From Eledone cirrhosa (lineage: Eukaryota): a DNA stretch of 64,000 nt. The stretch spans positions 317,130,001-317,194,000 of the forward strand of contig OZ024740.1 of NCBI GenBank assembly GCA_964016885.1. The letters are read 5' to 3'. The notes under the pieces are model-generated. The model did not search any database, was not told the origin of the DNA, and worked only from the letters and a program-made list of their open reading frames with translations. Numbering within the stretch: position 1 is the first letter of the stretch; each line of letters opens with the position of its first letter. Made by a program: the position numbers and the translations under genes. Shown piece by piece: positions 26,801-39,900 of the stretch.

Positions 26801-29800
26801 CTTGCCATTCTGAGTTCAAATCCTGCCGAGGTTAACTTTGCCTTTCATCCTAACGGGGTCGGTAAAATAAAGTACCAGTAATGCACTGGGATAATTGCTG
26901 GCCTTGTGCCAAAAGTAGAAACAATTATATTGAATCTATGAGATTTTGATATTATTTATTTTGAGAACAATACCTTAACATAAGTATGAGAGGCCAGTTA
27001 TAGCTGGTTTGAACAGAAAGAGGTGAGAGAATTCTGGTCGGGTACAGCTGGTTTAAATGCTAAAGGGTTAATGTAAGAAGTCATTATTTTATATAATTTT
27101 ATTACTCTGCTCTCTTCCAGAAAACTCGATGGGAAAACCATGATTTGGTCAATGTGTACAAGGACTGCATTAAAGCTATTAATCCACAAAACCTGGCATT
27201 ATTCATAGAATCTTATCTGAGGTAGATATTTCTTCTTAAACTTTCACAGGGAGCCTCATACATTTGATAAGGGTTAACAAGATTCATCATCATCATCACC
27301 GTTTTACGTCCGTTCTTCCACGCTAGCATGGGTTAGACGGGTTGTCCTGTTGTGGGCAGTGTCTGGTCGGCTGACCATGCCTTGCTCATACAGGAACTGA
27401 TCTGGCTTGATTTCTACAGCTGGATGCCCTTCCTAACACCAACCTCATTTACAGTGAGTGCTGGGTGCTTTTTCGTGGCGCCTACACGTCCACTTTACAG
27501 TGTGGGCTGGGTGCTTTTTTGCCGTGGCACCTCCACGACCACCTTGCGGTGGGGGGGTGTGGGGGCATATTGTTTATATGCTTCAGCTTGTACCCATGGG
27601 AGGTCGGGTACTCTGTATTACTGCGTGACGCCAGAAGTCACGGTCGTGATTATATATATATATATATATATTTCTTTCTCATTTTTCTATTTCAGACGAA
27701 CTGATCTCGGTTTGATCCGAGAACTGGATAATATTCGCAGGAACACTGTGAAGAATGTAAAGTAAGTCTCAAGAAATGGTGTTTCTCTTTATATGAGTTG
27801 TGTCAGTCACTGTATCAGTGAAGGTGTGTGGTTTAGTGGCTATTAACTTTAGTAGAAACTCAAGCTACATCCCAGCAAGTACTGCTCTATTTTGTACAAG
27901 CTTTTTATCCATACTGCCTTGATTATTTGATTAAAAAAAGAGCCAGAAGGACTCTTCAGTTGTTTCAAAGACTTGGCCATGTCCCTGGTGTTGGTGTTAT
28001 GATAAAATACACTTGATTGAGCGTGGGAACATATGTAAGTGAGATGTAGGCCACCAACCTGTCTGAGAGGTCATTAACTCTACGTAACCACATTTCTAAT
28101 GAAATACATTCTATTTTAATTAATTAATTGTCTCTACTTTAGGCACAAGGCCAGCAATTACCCAGTGCATTACTGGTACTTTATTTTATCGACCCCGTAA
28201 GGATGAAAGGCAAGTCAACCTTGGCGGGATTTGAACTCAGATCGTAAAGGGACGTAACTATGCTGGAAAGCATGGCGTCTGACCCTCTACTGATACTGCC
28301 AATCCACCGCCCTTTTAATTAATTAATGCAGAATTTTGAGGCATTTACTAAAATTATTAATTATTTCATTACTAAGATAGTAACTTAATGTAAGGTTCTT
28401 ATATAAAATTATGTTGGAAGATTTCAGTTTAAATTGGAAACCTTTAAAATGGGTGGTTTTATTTTATGGAACCAGAGCTGGTTTTGGTTGGGTTGGTTGG
28501 TAACTAAAGAGTTAAATACTGACATGGTCTGTAAAGATATGTCCAACCCATGTTAGCAAGGAAGACATCAAATGATGATTCTTTCTAATGATTGTTCTTG
28601 TTTTCACTATTTAATATTCAGTTTTGTTTTAATTATAAAAGTATAATATAACAATGTAAATATATGTATCTTTATAATTATTAAGATGCCGCACTATGCT
28701 GCTGGTTGGTGACGACTCTCCTCATCTTGATGAAGTTGTTAATATGAATGGAAGGATGGATCCTCAGGAGACTGATTTTGTTAAGGTAATTCATTACTTT
28801 CTTCTTTATTCCTTCACTTCCCATTTGAAGTCATCAGATGAAACCTGTTACCATTTATGATAAAGTGTCAATGTTGGTTCTGAAGTGAAAAATCTTATCT
28901 AGAGACTCACTCTAAGACTTTATCTAGTATTTCTTAGTTACTTTTGTTGCTATTACCATTATTTGTACCCCCAGGAATTTTTCTCTATCTTACATAGCTA
29001 GAGAATAAATTCTGGCTATGGAAACAGCAGTTGGAAGCAAGAGGACTGAGAGTGAACCTAGCTAAGACAAAAGTGTTGATGAGTAGAAAAGAGGACAAAA
29101 CTCTGATTCCGTTAGGGAAATGGCCATGTTCGATATGCAGAAGAGGAACTGGCATGAATTCTATAAAATGCACACAATGCTGATCTTGGGTACACAAGAG
29201 ATGTAGCGGGATAGCAGGCAAACTTACAGGTAGGGAGAAATACGTATGCAGTAGATGTACAGGGAAATTAGACAGTAGAAGTCGCATTGATAGACACATT
29301 TTTCAAATGCAGGTGGGTGCTATAGAAGTGGTTGATAGCTTCCGGCACCTAGGAGATCAGATTAGCATGGGAGGGGGTGTTCCGAGGCCAGAGTATCTAG
29401 AATAAGGATGGGTTGGAAGAAGTTTAGGGAGCTGCTTCCTCTGCTGACGAAGAAGGGTTTCTTCCTGTGTACGAAAGGCCGGTTATATGATGCCTGTGTG
29501 AGGAGCGCGATGCTGCATGGTAGTGAGACTTGGGCAGCAACTGCAGAGGATATGCGACGGCTGGAGAGAAATGAGGCAAGCATGCTCCGTTGGATGTGCA
29601 GTGTAAATGTGCGTGAACGACCCAGCATAAGTGTGTTGAAAGAGAAACTGTGTCTGAGAGGGATAGAATGTAGTGTGCGAGAGAGGAGACTGAGGTGGTA
29701 TGGACATGTGATGCGCATGGAGGATGACCGATGGGTGAAGAAGTGCCAGGAATTGCCAATTGAAGGAAGACGTGGTAGAGGTAGACAACGAAAAACATGG

Positions 29801-32530
29801 GCGGAGGTGGTGAGAGCAGATCTCAGATCGCTGAAGCTCACAGTAGAGATGACGAGGGACTGTGACAAGTGGAGAGATGCTGTGCTGAATAGGACCTGTG
29901 CCACCCTTGCAAGCAGGGAAAAGCGGACGTAAAAATGATGATGATGATAGCTGTAGAAAGCTTGTCAAACAACAGGTTGGGAGGACCCTTCAGTCATGTC
30001 AAGGACATGATGGCCTCTGTAGTGTTGGTGATCTACACAGTAAATGTACCCAGTACATGCTGTAAGGTGGTTGGTGATAGGAAGGGCATCCAGCCATAGA
30101 AAACTGTTTGGAGGACTCTTCAGTTGTGTCAGACCTTTCTAGTGTTCGTGCCATGATAAAATGTACTTGGTAGAGCGTGGGAACATATGTCAACGAGTTG
30201 TGGGATCCTGGCCTGTCTGAGTGGTCGTCAGTAGCTTCACTTAAGTTCTGGCCTGGTCTGTGACGACCTGTCCAACCATTGCTAGAAGGGAGAGCAGACA
30301 TTAAATAATAACGATAATGATGATTCAATATGTTACCTTGTGTTTACAGTGAGTTTGGTGGGGATTAAACATGGATTTAGTCTGTGTTGATAACTGAAAT
30401 TCTAGATTGAGTTTTAATCCCATCAAGAAATTAACTCCACCCTCCCTATCTTTCCTGATTTTCTATATATCTATCATGTTGAAAATACTATCTTTGGGTG
30501 GCTTTTCCTGTTCACTTACAGGAAACTAGCTGAATTAAATAAAGAATCTTATTTTTTTTAAATAATATGTAAATCCTATGAAAGAAAGAAACACACACAC
30601 ACAGAGGCATACAGACATATACAGAGGCATACAAACAGACACACATACATATACACAGGCACCCCCTCCTCCAACACACATACGTGCACACACACACACA
30701 TAGGCACACACACACACAAAAGCCCAACCTGATATTTATCAAATAGAAACTCATTGTTATATTATTTCGTTTTAGATTGCTGATTGTGGTGGTATGCCCC
30801 TTGAGGAGCAACCAGCCAAAGTGTGTGAGGCTTTCCGGTACTTTCTTCAAGGAATGGGCTACAGTAAGTAAACCAAAATATCTACTTAGTCACTCATATT
30901 CACTTTTCCTATCTTTATATTTAGTATTTATTAGTTATCAACCATAAAAATCAACAACAGTAACATCACTAAGTCTGATCTCTCTTTCTGAAGTCTTGGA
31001 ATATTTCAGAACTGTCCTCAATTAATCCATATCACTGCATGTTGTTCAACCTAACCAAAAAACATTTCCATACTCACTATTAACATTTCACCTGCTTTCA
31101 TTCATGATTGGGATTTAGCTGTACATCTCTCCTCATTCATTCTGGAAATTAATCACCGGTTGTTTTTTTTTTTTTTTTTTTTTTTTTTTCGTTTTTTTTT
31201 CCTGTCTATCATGAGATTCTAATATTTCACTGTATTGTGGCTTTCATTTTTTTTTATTTTCTTATCTTTAGCTTCATTTAAACCTAAGTTCTGTCTGTGG
31301 CTTACAGAAACACATGAACTTATTACCATATCATATCATATCATATTCACAGCTTTCTTCTTTTCTGATTATTTCTACATCAGCTGAATGGTTAATATTT
31401 CAGTACTGTCTATCACACAGTTTATCATTTCATTAAGATTTTCTTTTTATATTTGCCAGGAGTAATACTGCCTTCCATATGTGGGTTTTCTCCTAGTTTA
31501 TATCATATGTATATATATATGTGTGTTTGTGTGTGTGCATGTATATATGTGTGTGTGTATATATATATATATATATGTAGTTGATGGTTGAGAGAAACTC
31601 AATACTGAAGTAGGCTAAATAGTGAGTCTTGTTACTCTGGAGTTCCACCTGTTTATCACAGGGTCATCATGACCCTGTGATAAAAAGGCAAAATTCTAGA
31701 GTAACAAGACAAATGAATATTTGTGTGTGTGTGTGTGTTCATTCATATATATATTCATCTATATATGTATATCATTTTGTATATATAAGACTATGTTGTC
31801 CAATTTATTCTTTCCAAATTTATAATACTAGGATGTGATTTGAGAGAAATTTGGCTGCTATTTCTAGCAGGTCAAGTGGTCATGCTGATGCCCTCCCTTG
31901 TTGTCTCAAAGTAAAATTGGTTGTTATTTAACCTATGACATCCTTGATTGAACAGACCTATGATAAAAGGTGTTCCAGTCATGACCATCCCATCATTTTG
32001 TATATCAGGAACTAGATTGACCAATATATCCTTTATTTGAGATGGTAGATGTGATTTGACTGCTGTTTCCAGCAGGTTGTGTTACTTTATAGAAGTGTCT
32101 TTGTTGCCCATTAAGACCAACTGACATACATTGATGTAGCTTTACAGTATTTTTAAGCAGTCTCTGTTAGACCCCTCCCCCCCGTCGCCCTCTCTCTCTC
32201 ACTATTACATTTCTTCAGAGAAGTGGTTAATGTGAGAAGTAGTGTGAGGTATGGGATATATAAAGAGGGTGTGATAGGTAGAGAGAGAGAGAGCAAGGGC
32301 TGGCAGTCTTTCAGATATGTATATAGATATATTTACATATATTACATTTTAATAAGAATACTGGTGTAATTTTAATGGGTTCGTAATACTTATGTATACC
32401 CATTATACGCACTTTAAATAGTGGTTTTGAACATGTATGTATATATCTATTTGTGTGTGTGTGTGTGATGGTATATATATATATATTTATACCACGGACG
32501 TTAAACGTTGATGATGATGATGATGATGAT

Positions 32531-32567
<37 letters not shown>

Positions 32568-33955
32568 TGTATATAAATTAATTTAGGAAATGCAAATACG
32601 ATAAAGAAATATTTGCCTTTTTACTCAGCGTCCCTACTGCAGTTTGATTGAGTAAAACTCAGGATGAGCTGTGAAAATTTCAAATCATCAGGGAACATTT
32701 GTGTGTGTGTGATGGTATATATATATATAATGGAACATGTGAGCAAGATGAGGTCACTATGACCCATCTGGTTTTGGACTGTGACAACCCGTCTAACCCA
32801 TGCTAGTATGGAAAGCAGTCATAAAGTGACGATGAATGAATGAAGATGTGGATTTTATAAGCCAGATCACTGGCAACCCTTCTAAGAGGACTATAACTCT
32901 GAATAAGAACTGATACAGGTTAGAAAGGAACCTTTAGTTCAATAACCAATAATATCCCCACTCATACAATAAAATGCACCTGTTAAAAATCATGCAAAAA
33001 CAAACACATAATGAAAAAAAAAAAAAACTGGTTATCTCTCTTGTTGCATGTGAATTTGCTGATTAATTTCAAAGCAGAGTTATGTCATTGCCCTGTTAGA
33101 CTTGTCCGACCCATACTAGTATGGAAAATGGTGATGACTATGATGATAGTATCCTGAGATAACAGTAAACTGTTTCCTAATTTATTCATGTTTTCTTCCT
33201 CTGGGAATAGAACAAGTGATGATGAATGTTGTATAGAGAAATGGAAGGAGGATGGCTGAGTCATGTGTTGAAGGAAGGAAGTGATTGGGTGAGAGGAATA
33301 GAACTAGGGAAGAATATTGTGAAGACAAATGGAATGAGATGGTTAAGTCATGTGTTGAGGAAGGATGAAAGTATTAAGTGAGAGGAATGATGGAAATTAA
33401 TGGAGAGGATGAAGTAGGCCAAGATAAACCTTGCTAAAAATGATAATGGAGGAAATAAAAGTCAGGTGTTTGATGTGGGGGTGATGCAAATGATAGAGAA
33501 AAGTGGAGAAGCTTGCTATGGGCCTGCACGGCTAACTAACCCATGTAGGGAAGATGGCCTTAGAGTGCTTGTTATTTTTGGTATTACTTATAACAAAAAG
33601 CTCTTCCCTATTGAATGCTATTCAGTTATCTTCTTTCTATTTTAATTTATTTATTTACTGGATCCCATATGGTTTGATTAGCTGACTGCTGCCATTTTAT
33701 TCTTCACTAATTTTCGGTGCTGGTATTATTTTAATGCATTTGTCAATGAATGGAGAATAAACAGCTGTAACTGGTGCGATTATCTTTTTACCTATATTAT
33801 TCCTTCCTCAGGCATATTTTGTGCTGAAGGGAAAGGCTGCCACAGTTGTCAGGTACCAGTACAGATCACTGCATGTTTCTGCTATTCTTGCTTAAAATTT
33901 CCTCAATAACTAATTATTTAACTAAATCTATCTCTCTTTCAAGACTGAATTTAAT

Positions 33956-33991
<36 letters not shown>

Positions 33992-36900
33992 AGTAGTATT
34001 TGCACAGCTCACTAATCTCAGCTAACTAACTCTAGGCTCTTTTTTGCTTTATTCACTGACACTGGCTGTTTTCTATTTCTACTTCTAATTCTTCAACTTC
34101 TTCTATTTCTACTTCTTCTATTTCTACTTCTTCTACCTCTACTACTCAACCTTTCTTCTAAGATCAGTATAGTCTAGTAGTCTACAAAGATAACACCAAC
34201 TTTTTACTATTATATATTTTTTTTACATTTCTCATGGTTGTTATTTCCTCTAAAATATAAATATATTGTTAATCTCTCTTGGTTGTTATTTTATATGAAA
34301 TATAATAAATATATTGTTAATCTCTCTTGATAACTTTCTCTCTATGCTACGGGTAATATAATAAGTATCACCATATTTTTTGTTTTATATCATCAAGATC
34401 ATTTCTTCCATACATATTTTAGTGGTTGTTGTTCTTAAGCCCTAAGTTGGCCCCAATGTTTGAACAGATCTATGATCAAAGGCAACCCAGCCACAACCAT
34501 TTCATCTCATCTCTTTTTTCAAGAATAGTATATCGTAAGCTATAGTATCCATGGTCCCATTTTTTAAAGGTAGTTGAGTGTGATATGAGGGACATTTGGC
34601 TACTATTTTTAGTAGGTTAAATCACCAAATAGAGGCTCCCTCATTTGATTAGTTTGTTTTTGATATTTTTTAGCTAACAATATTTTATTGGTAGAAATAA
34701 ATAGCATCTTGTTGACAAGTCTTACCATAGCTGCATGGAAGAGCAAAGCTCATTTTATGTACAGAACTCATTCAGGCAGTCTTTTTTTAGAGTACTGAAG
34801 AAAAGAAAAAGCTTTCTCTGTGAAATTGTGGTGATTATCATATATATCTATCTTTCTGTAATAAATGATGGGCCTTGTGGTCCTTAACAGGCATATGCTC
34901 CTTAACAGGCATATGTTCCTTAACAGATATATGGTCCTTAGCAGATAAAGGTTCTTAACAGACATATGCTCCTTAACAGACATAAAGTCGTTAACAGACA
35001 TAAGGTCATTAACAGACATATGGTCGTTAACAGACATATGGTCCTTAACTGATAAAGGTCCTTAACAGGCATATGGTCCTTAACAGACAAAAGTACTTAA
35101 CAAGCATATGGTCTTTAACAGATAAAGATCCTTAACAGGCACATGGTCTTTAACAGACATATGCTTCTTAACAGACAAAGATCCTTAACAAGCTTATAAG
35201 CCCCTCACAGATATTTGTATATGCCATGTAATTGGTTTAGATAATAAGCCCCTCACAGATATTTGTATATATGCCATGTAATTGGTTTAGATCATTTTGT
35301 ATGCTTTACCTTTTTAACTTGATGGCTAGAAAGTATTTGACTACCTTTGTCTTTGTTCAATCTTCTGTGTTCATGTTTGGATTTTGTTTCCATTGCTGGA
35401 TTGATTCCTTTTAACAACTTCTACTGAAAAGCCCCTCCTCATTGGTTTTGTCATGTACTTTGCTACCCATGAGGTGAATTCACCTGCATAGCAGTAATGC
35501 TAGAACCCTTCCCATGAGGTTTTGAACAGCTGAAAATATGTATTAGCACAATCAAATTGGATCTTAAATTATTGATATCTGGTCCTAGCATATATGATGG
35601 CCCCTATTGGAATTTTGGCTGGTTGACAGTTTTTGTGTTAGATGTTTGTGACTACAGAGCATGGTCAGTTTAGGTTTGTGACCACAGAGCATGGTGAGAT
35701 CCTGATTATGACTGCAGAGAATGGTCAGTTTCTATTTGTGACCACGGACTATGGTAAATTTCTGTTTGTGACCACAGAGCATGGTGAGATCCTGTTTATG
35801 ACTGCAGAGAATGGTCAGTTTCTGTTTGTGATGCTGTGAATTTGCTGTTTGTAGCTGGTAAATGGTGTACACAAGTACAAGTAGTTCATAACTTTGTAGT
35901 AATTAACTATTCCCATACTATATTTCTAATAAAAGACATTGTCTATGGTTTTCAAATAATTTTGAAAATTTTCAAGAATTTGGGGGATTTTGTAATATAA
36001 CTGATTTTCTCATTATTAAACTGGTGTTTGGAACATAACTGAACCACACTGTAAAGTGGTTATTTTGTGCTGCGATAAAAGTGCTCAGTCCACATTGTAA
36101 AGTGGTTATTCTGGTGCCATGACAAAAAGCACCCTGTCCACATTGTAAAGTGGTTGTTTCGGTGACACTGAGTGGACTGGAACAATATGAAATAAAGTGT
36201 ATTGCTCAAGGACACAATGCACCACTGCAAATCAAATTAACAACCTTATGACCATAAGTCAAACACCCTAAGCACTAAGCCATGATTCTTCATTTCTTAA
36301 TCTACTTAAAGTCTAAAGTCTGTCTCAAGCCCAGAGGTTCATCAGGCCAGTACCTATCCTGGTTGTCATGGCATTAAGTGACTGAGAGTACAAGACTCTA
36401 TCCAGTCCATCACAAGGTTAAACCCACAGCTATTGCTGGTACTTATTTTCAGCTGAATATTCTGGAGCAATGTGAAATGAAGTGTTTTGCATAACACACA
36501 ACACACAACCCAGTCCAGGAATTAAACCCACAACATTATGATCGTAAGTCCTACACCCTTACCACTAGGCCACATGCTTTCACTTTCTTAATCTACAGCC
36601 ATGTTTAGACTCTGAAGTGTTATTGTATTTGAGTGTCCTAATATATACTTTACAGGTTGTTACTAATTAAATACAATACCACTTTGATTTGACATTGTAA
36701 TTACCATATATACATAAATATAAGCCGAGGAATATGTGACCAAAATATTGATGGTAAAATGGGAGGTTGTTTTATATACACCATCTAAACAATGTGTTCA
36801 TTATCTGCCTCAGTTTATAAATGGGGTTTTGGATTTTCACCTATTTCTCAGACATAAAATAGAAGGTGCGGAGGGGTTATATTTGGATCAGCTTATATTC

Positions 36901-39900
36901 CAGTATATATGGTAGTTTATCTGTTTTGCTAGAATAATCTGATAGTTGTTGTTTAGCCAGAGATTGACCATAATTTGGCTGACCTATGATTAAAGACATT
37001 GCAGCCATGCTCACCCAGTTTGTTTCCTCTGTGCACTGAATCTGAGACCAACATCCTGTTTTCTGCAATGGTAAAGAGTGATTTAAGGGTAATTTAGTTG
37101 TTATATTTAGCTAGATGAGTGATTATATAGAAATTGAGTGGCCAGTCATTCAAAAATGTGCTCCAGAATATTTGATACATCATTGCCATTGTAGCTCCCT
37201 TATACATCAACTCCCAGTCCTAGCCACTGGCCCATGTCTAGTTTGGCTCCAGAGCTCTGTGTACATCATGTTTGCCTTGTACATCAACTCCTAGTCCTAG
37301 CCACTGGCCCATGTCTAGTTTGGCTCCAGAGCTCTGTGTACATCATGTTTGCCTTGTACATCAACTCCTAGTCCTAGCCACTGGCCCATGTCTAGTTTGG
37401 CTCCAGAGCTCTGTGTACATCATGTTTGCCTTATACATCAACTCCCAGCCCCATACACTGGCCCATGTCTAGTTTGGCTCCAGAGCTCTGTGTACATCAC
37501 CATGTTTGCTTTGTACATGAACTGCCAGCCCTATACACTGGCCCATGTCTAGTTGGCTCCAGAGCTCTGTGTACATCACCATGTTTGCTTTGTACATGAA
37601 CTGCCAGCCCTATACACTGGCCCATGTCTAGTTTGGCTCCAGAGCTCTGTGTACATCACCATGTTTGCCTTGTACATGAACTGCCAGCCCTATACACTGG
37701 CCCATGTCTAGTTGGCTCCAGAGCTCTGTGTACATCACCATGTTTGCCTTGTACATGAACTGCCAGCCCTATACACTGGCCCATGTCTAGTTTGGCTCCA
37801 GAGCTCTGTGTACATCACCATGTTTGCTTTGTACATGAACTGCCAGCCCTATACACTGGCCCATGTCTAGTTGGCTCCAGAGCTCTGTGTACATCACCAT
37901 GTTTGCTTTGTACATGAACTGCCAGCCCCATACACTGGCCCATGTCTAGTTTGGCTCCAGAGCTCTGTGTACATCACCATGTTTGCTTTGTACATGAACT
38001 GCCAGCCCCATACACTGGCCCATGTCTAGTTTGGCTCCAGAGCTCTTTGTACATGAACTGCCAGCCCTATACACTGGCCCATGTCTAGTTGGCTCCAGAG
38101 CTCTGTGTACATCACCATGTTTGCCTTGTACATGAACTGCCAGCCCTATACACTGGCCCATGTCTAGTTTGGCTCCAGAGCTCTGTGTACATCACCATGT
38201 TAGCTTTGTACATGAACTGCCAGCCCCATACACTGGCCCATGTCTAGTTGGCTCCAGAGCTCTGTGTACATCACCATGTTTGCCTTGTACATGAACTGCC
38301 AGCCCTATACACTGGCCCATGTCTAGTTTGGCTCCAGAGCTCTGTGTACATCACCATGTTAGCTTTGTACATGAACTGCCAGCCCCATACACTGGCCCAT
38401 GTCTAGTTGGCTCCAGAGCTCTGTGTACATCACCATGTTTGCCTTGTACATGAACTGCCAGCCCTATACACTGGCCCATGTCTAGTTTGGCTCCAGAGCT
38501 CTGTGTACATCACCATGTTAGCTTTGTACATGAACTGCCAGCCCCATACACTGGCCCATGTCTAGTTGGCTCCAGAGCTCTGTGTACATCACCATGTTTG
38601 CCTTGTACATGAACTGCCAGCCCTATACACTGGCCCATGTCTAGTTTGGCTCCAGAGCTCTGTGTACATCATGTTTGCCTTGTACATCAACTCCTAGTCC
38701 TAGCCACTGGCCCATGTCTAGTTTGGCTCCAGAGCTCTGTGTACATCACCATGTTTGCCTTGTACATGAACTGCCAGCCCTATACACTGGCCCATGTCTA
38801 GTTGGCTCCAGAGCTCTGTGTACATCACCATGTTAGCTTTGTTTGTTCAAATGATAACTTATGTTCAGCTGTTTCTCTTATCTTCAACACCTCACTGCAT
38901 CAGTCAACTTGCCTTTTCTGGTGTGTACCATGTGCATGATGACCCAGATACTCATATCCACATATCCATCTAACAGTTGTTGGTGCTGGCAGTGGATGAA
39001 GGTGATACTTTATTGTTCCAATTATTTTTTTACAAAACATTTAAAAGAATTTCAAATTGTACAATTTCTTTAAACCTGTTGAAAAACTCTTTAAAAATAT
39101 ATATGTGCTTTTGGTTAGCATTAGTAACTTACTTCTACTTCTGCTATTAATAAGAAGACAATAAAGAATTGGTTTAAAACTGGAAAGTCAGACTCAAATT
39201 TCTATAGTATCTGCTTGAATAGTTTTACATTTTCAAGTTCAAATCATGATAACATTAACTTAGATTTTCAACTTTCTAGAATCAATAAATTACTGTATAT
39301 ACTCGAATATAAGCCAAGAAATATGTGACCAAAAAATCGACAGTAGAAGTGGTGGAGAAGGGGGATGGGTCAACTTGTATGCACCATCTAACAATATGTT
39401 GATTAGCTGCTTTGGTTTATAGATGGGGTTTGAATTTTTGCCCATTTCTCAGGCATTAAATGAGGAGGGGGAGGGGTCGACTTATATTCAAGTATATACA
39501 GTAAGTACAATTAATATACTGGGATCAAATAAACTTGGTTGGAGCTGACTCAACTCATTGTAGGTAAATCCCAGCTCAATCATGGTAATATGGTATGAAT
39601 ACTTCATTTCTGTTTATGCTTTGTAACTACATTAACTCATGCATTCTGATTTTATACATGTTGCAGTCTCAAACTTGATACTGGCATCAACTTAAAGCTT
39701 TATACATTTGCTGAAAGGAGCTCTGTGTCTAATCAAAACACATCATTATTAACAGTAGCTTTGCCTTTCATCCTAATGGAGTCCATAAAATAAATTACCA
39801 GTAACACACACTGGGAGCAATTTAATCGACTTTCTTGTCCTCTAAAATTGTTGGCCTTGTGCTTAAATCAGAGACCATTATTAACAGAGACTTATTAAAT

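Noticed and set aside
37272-38161. Repeated short ORFs in the 80-bp array
   Set aside because: Unit lengths of 77, 79 and 80 break the frame; no coding signature
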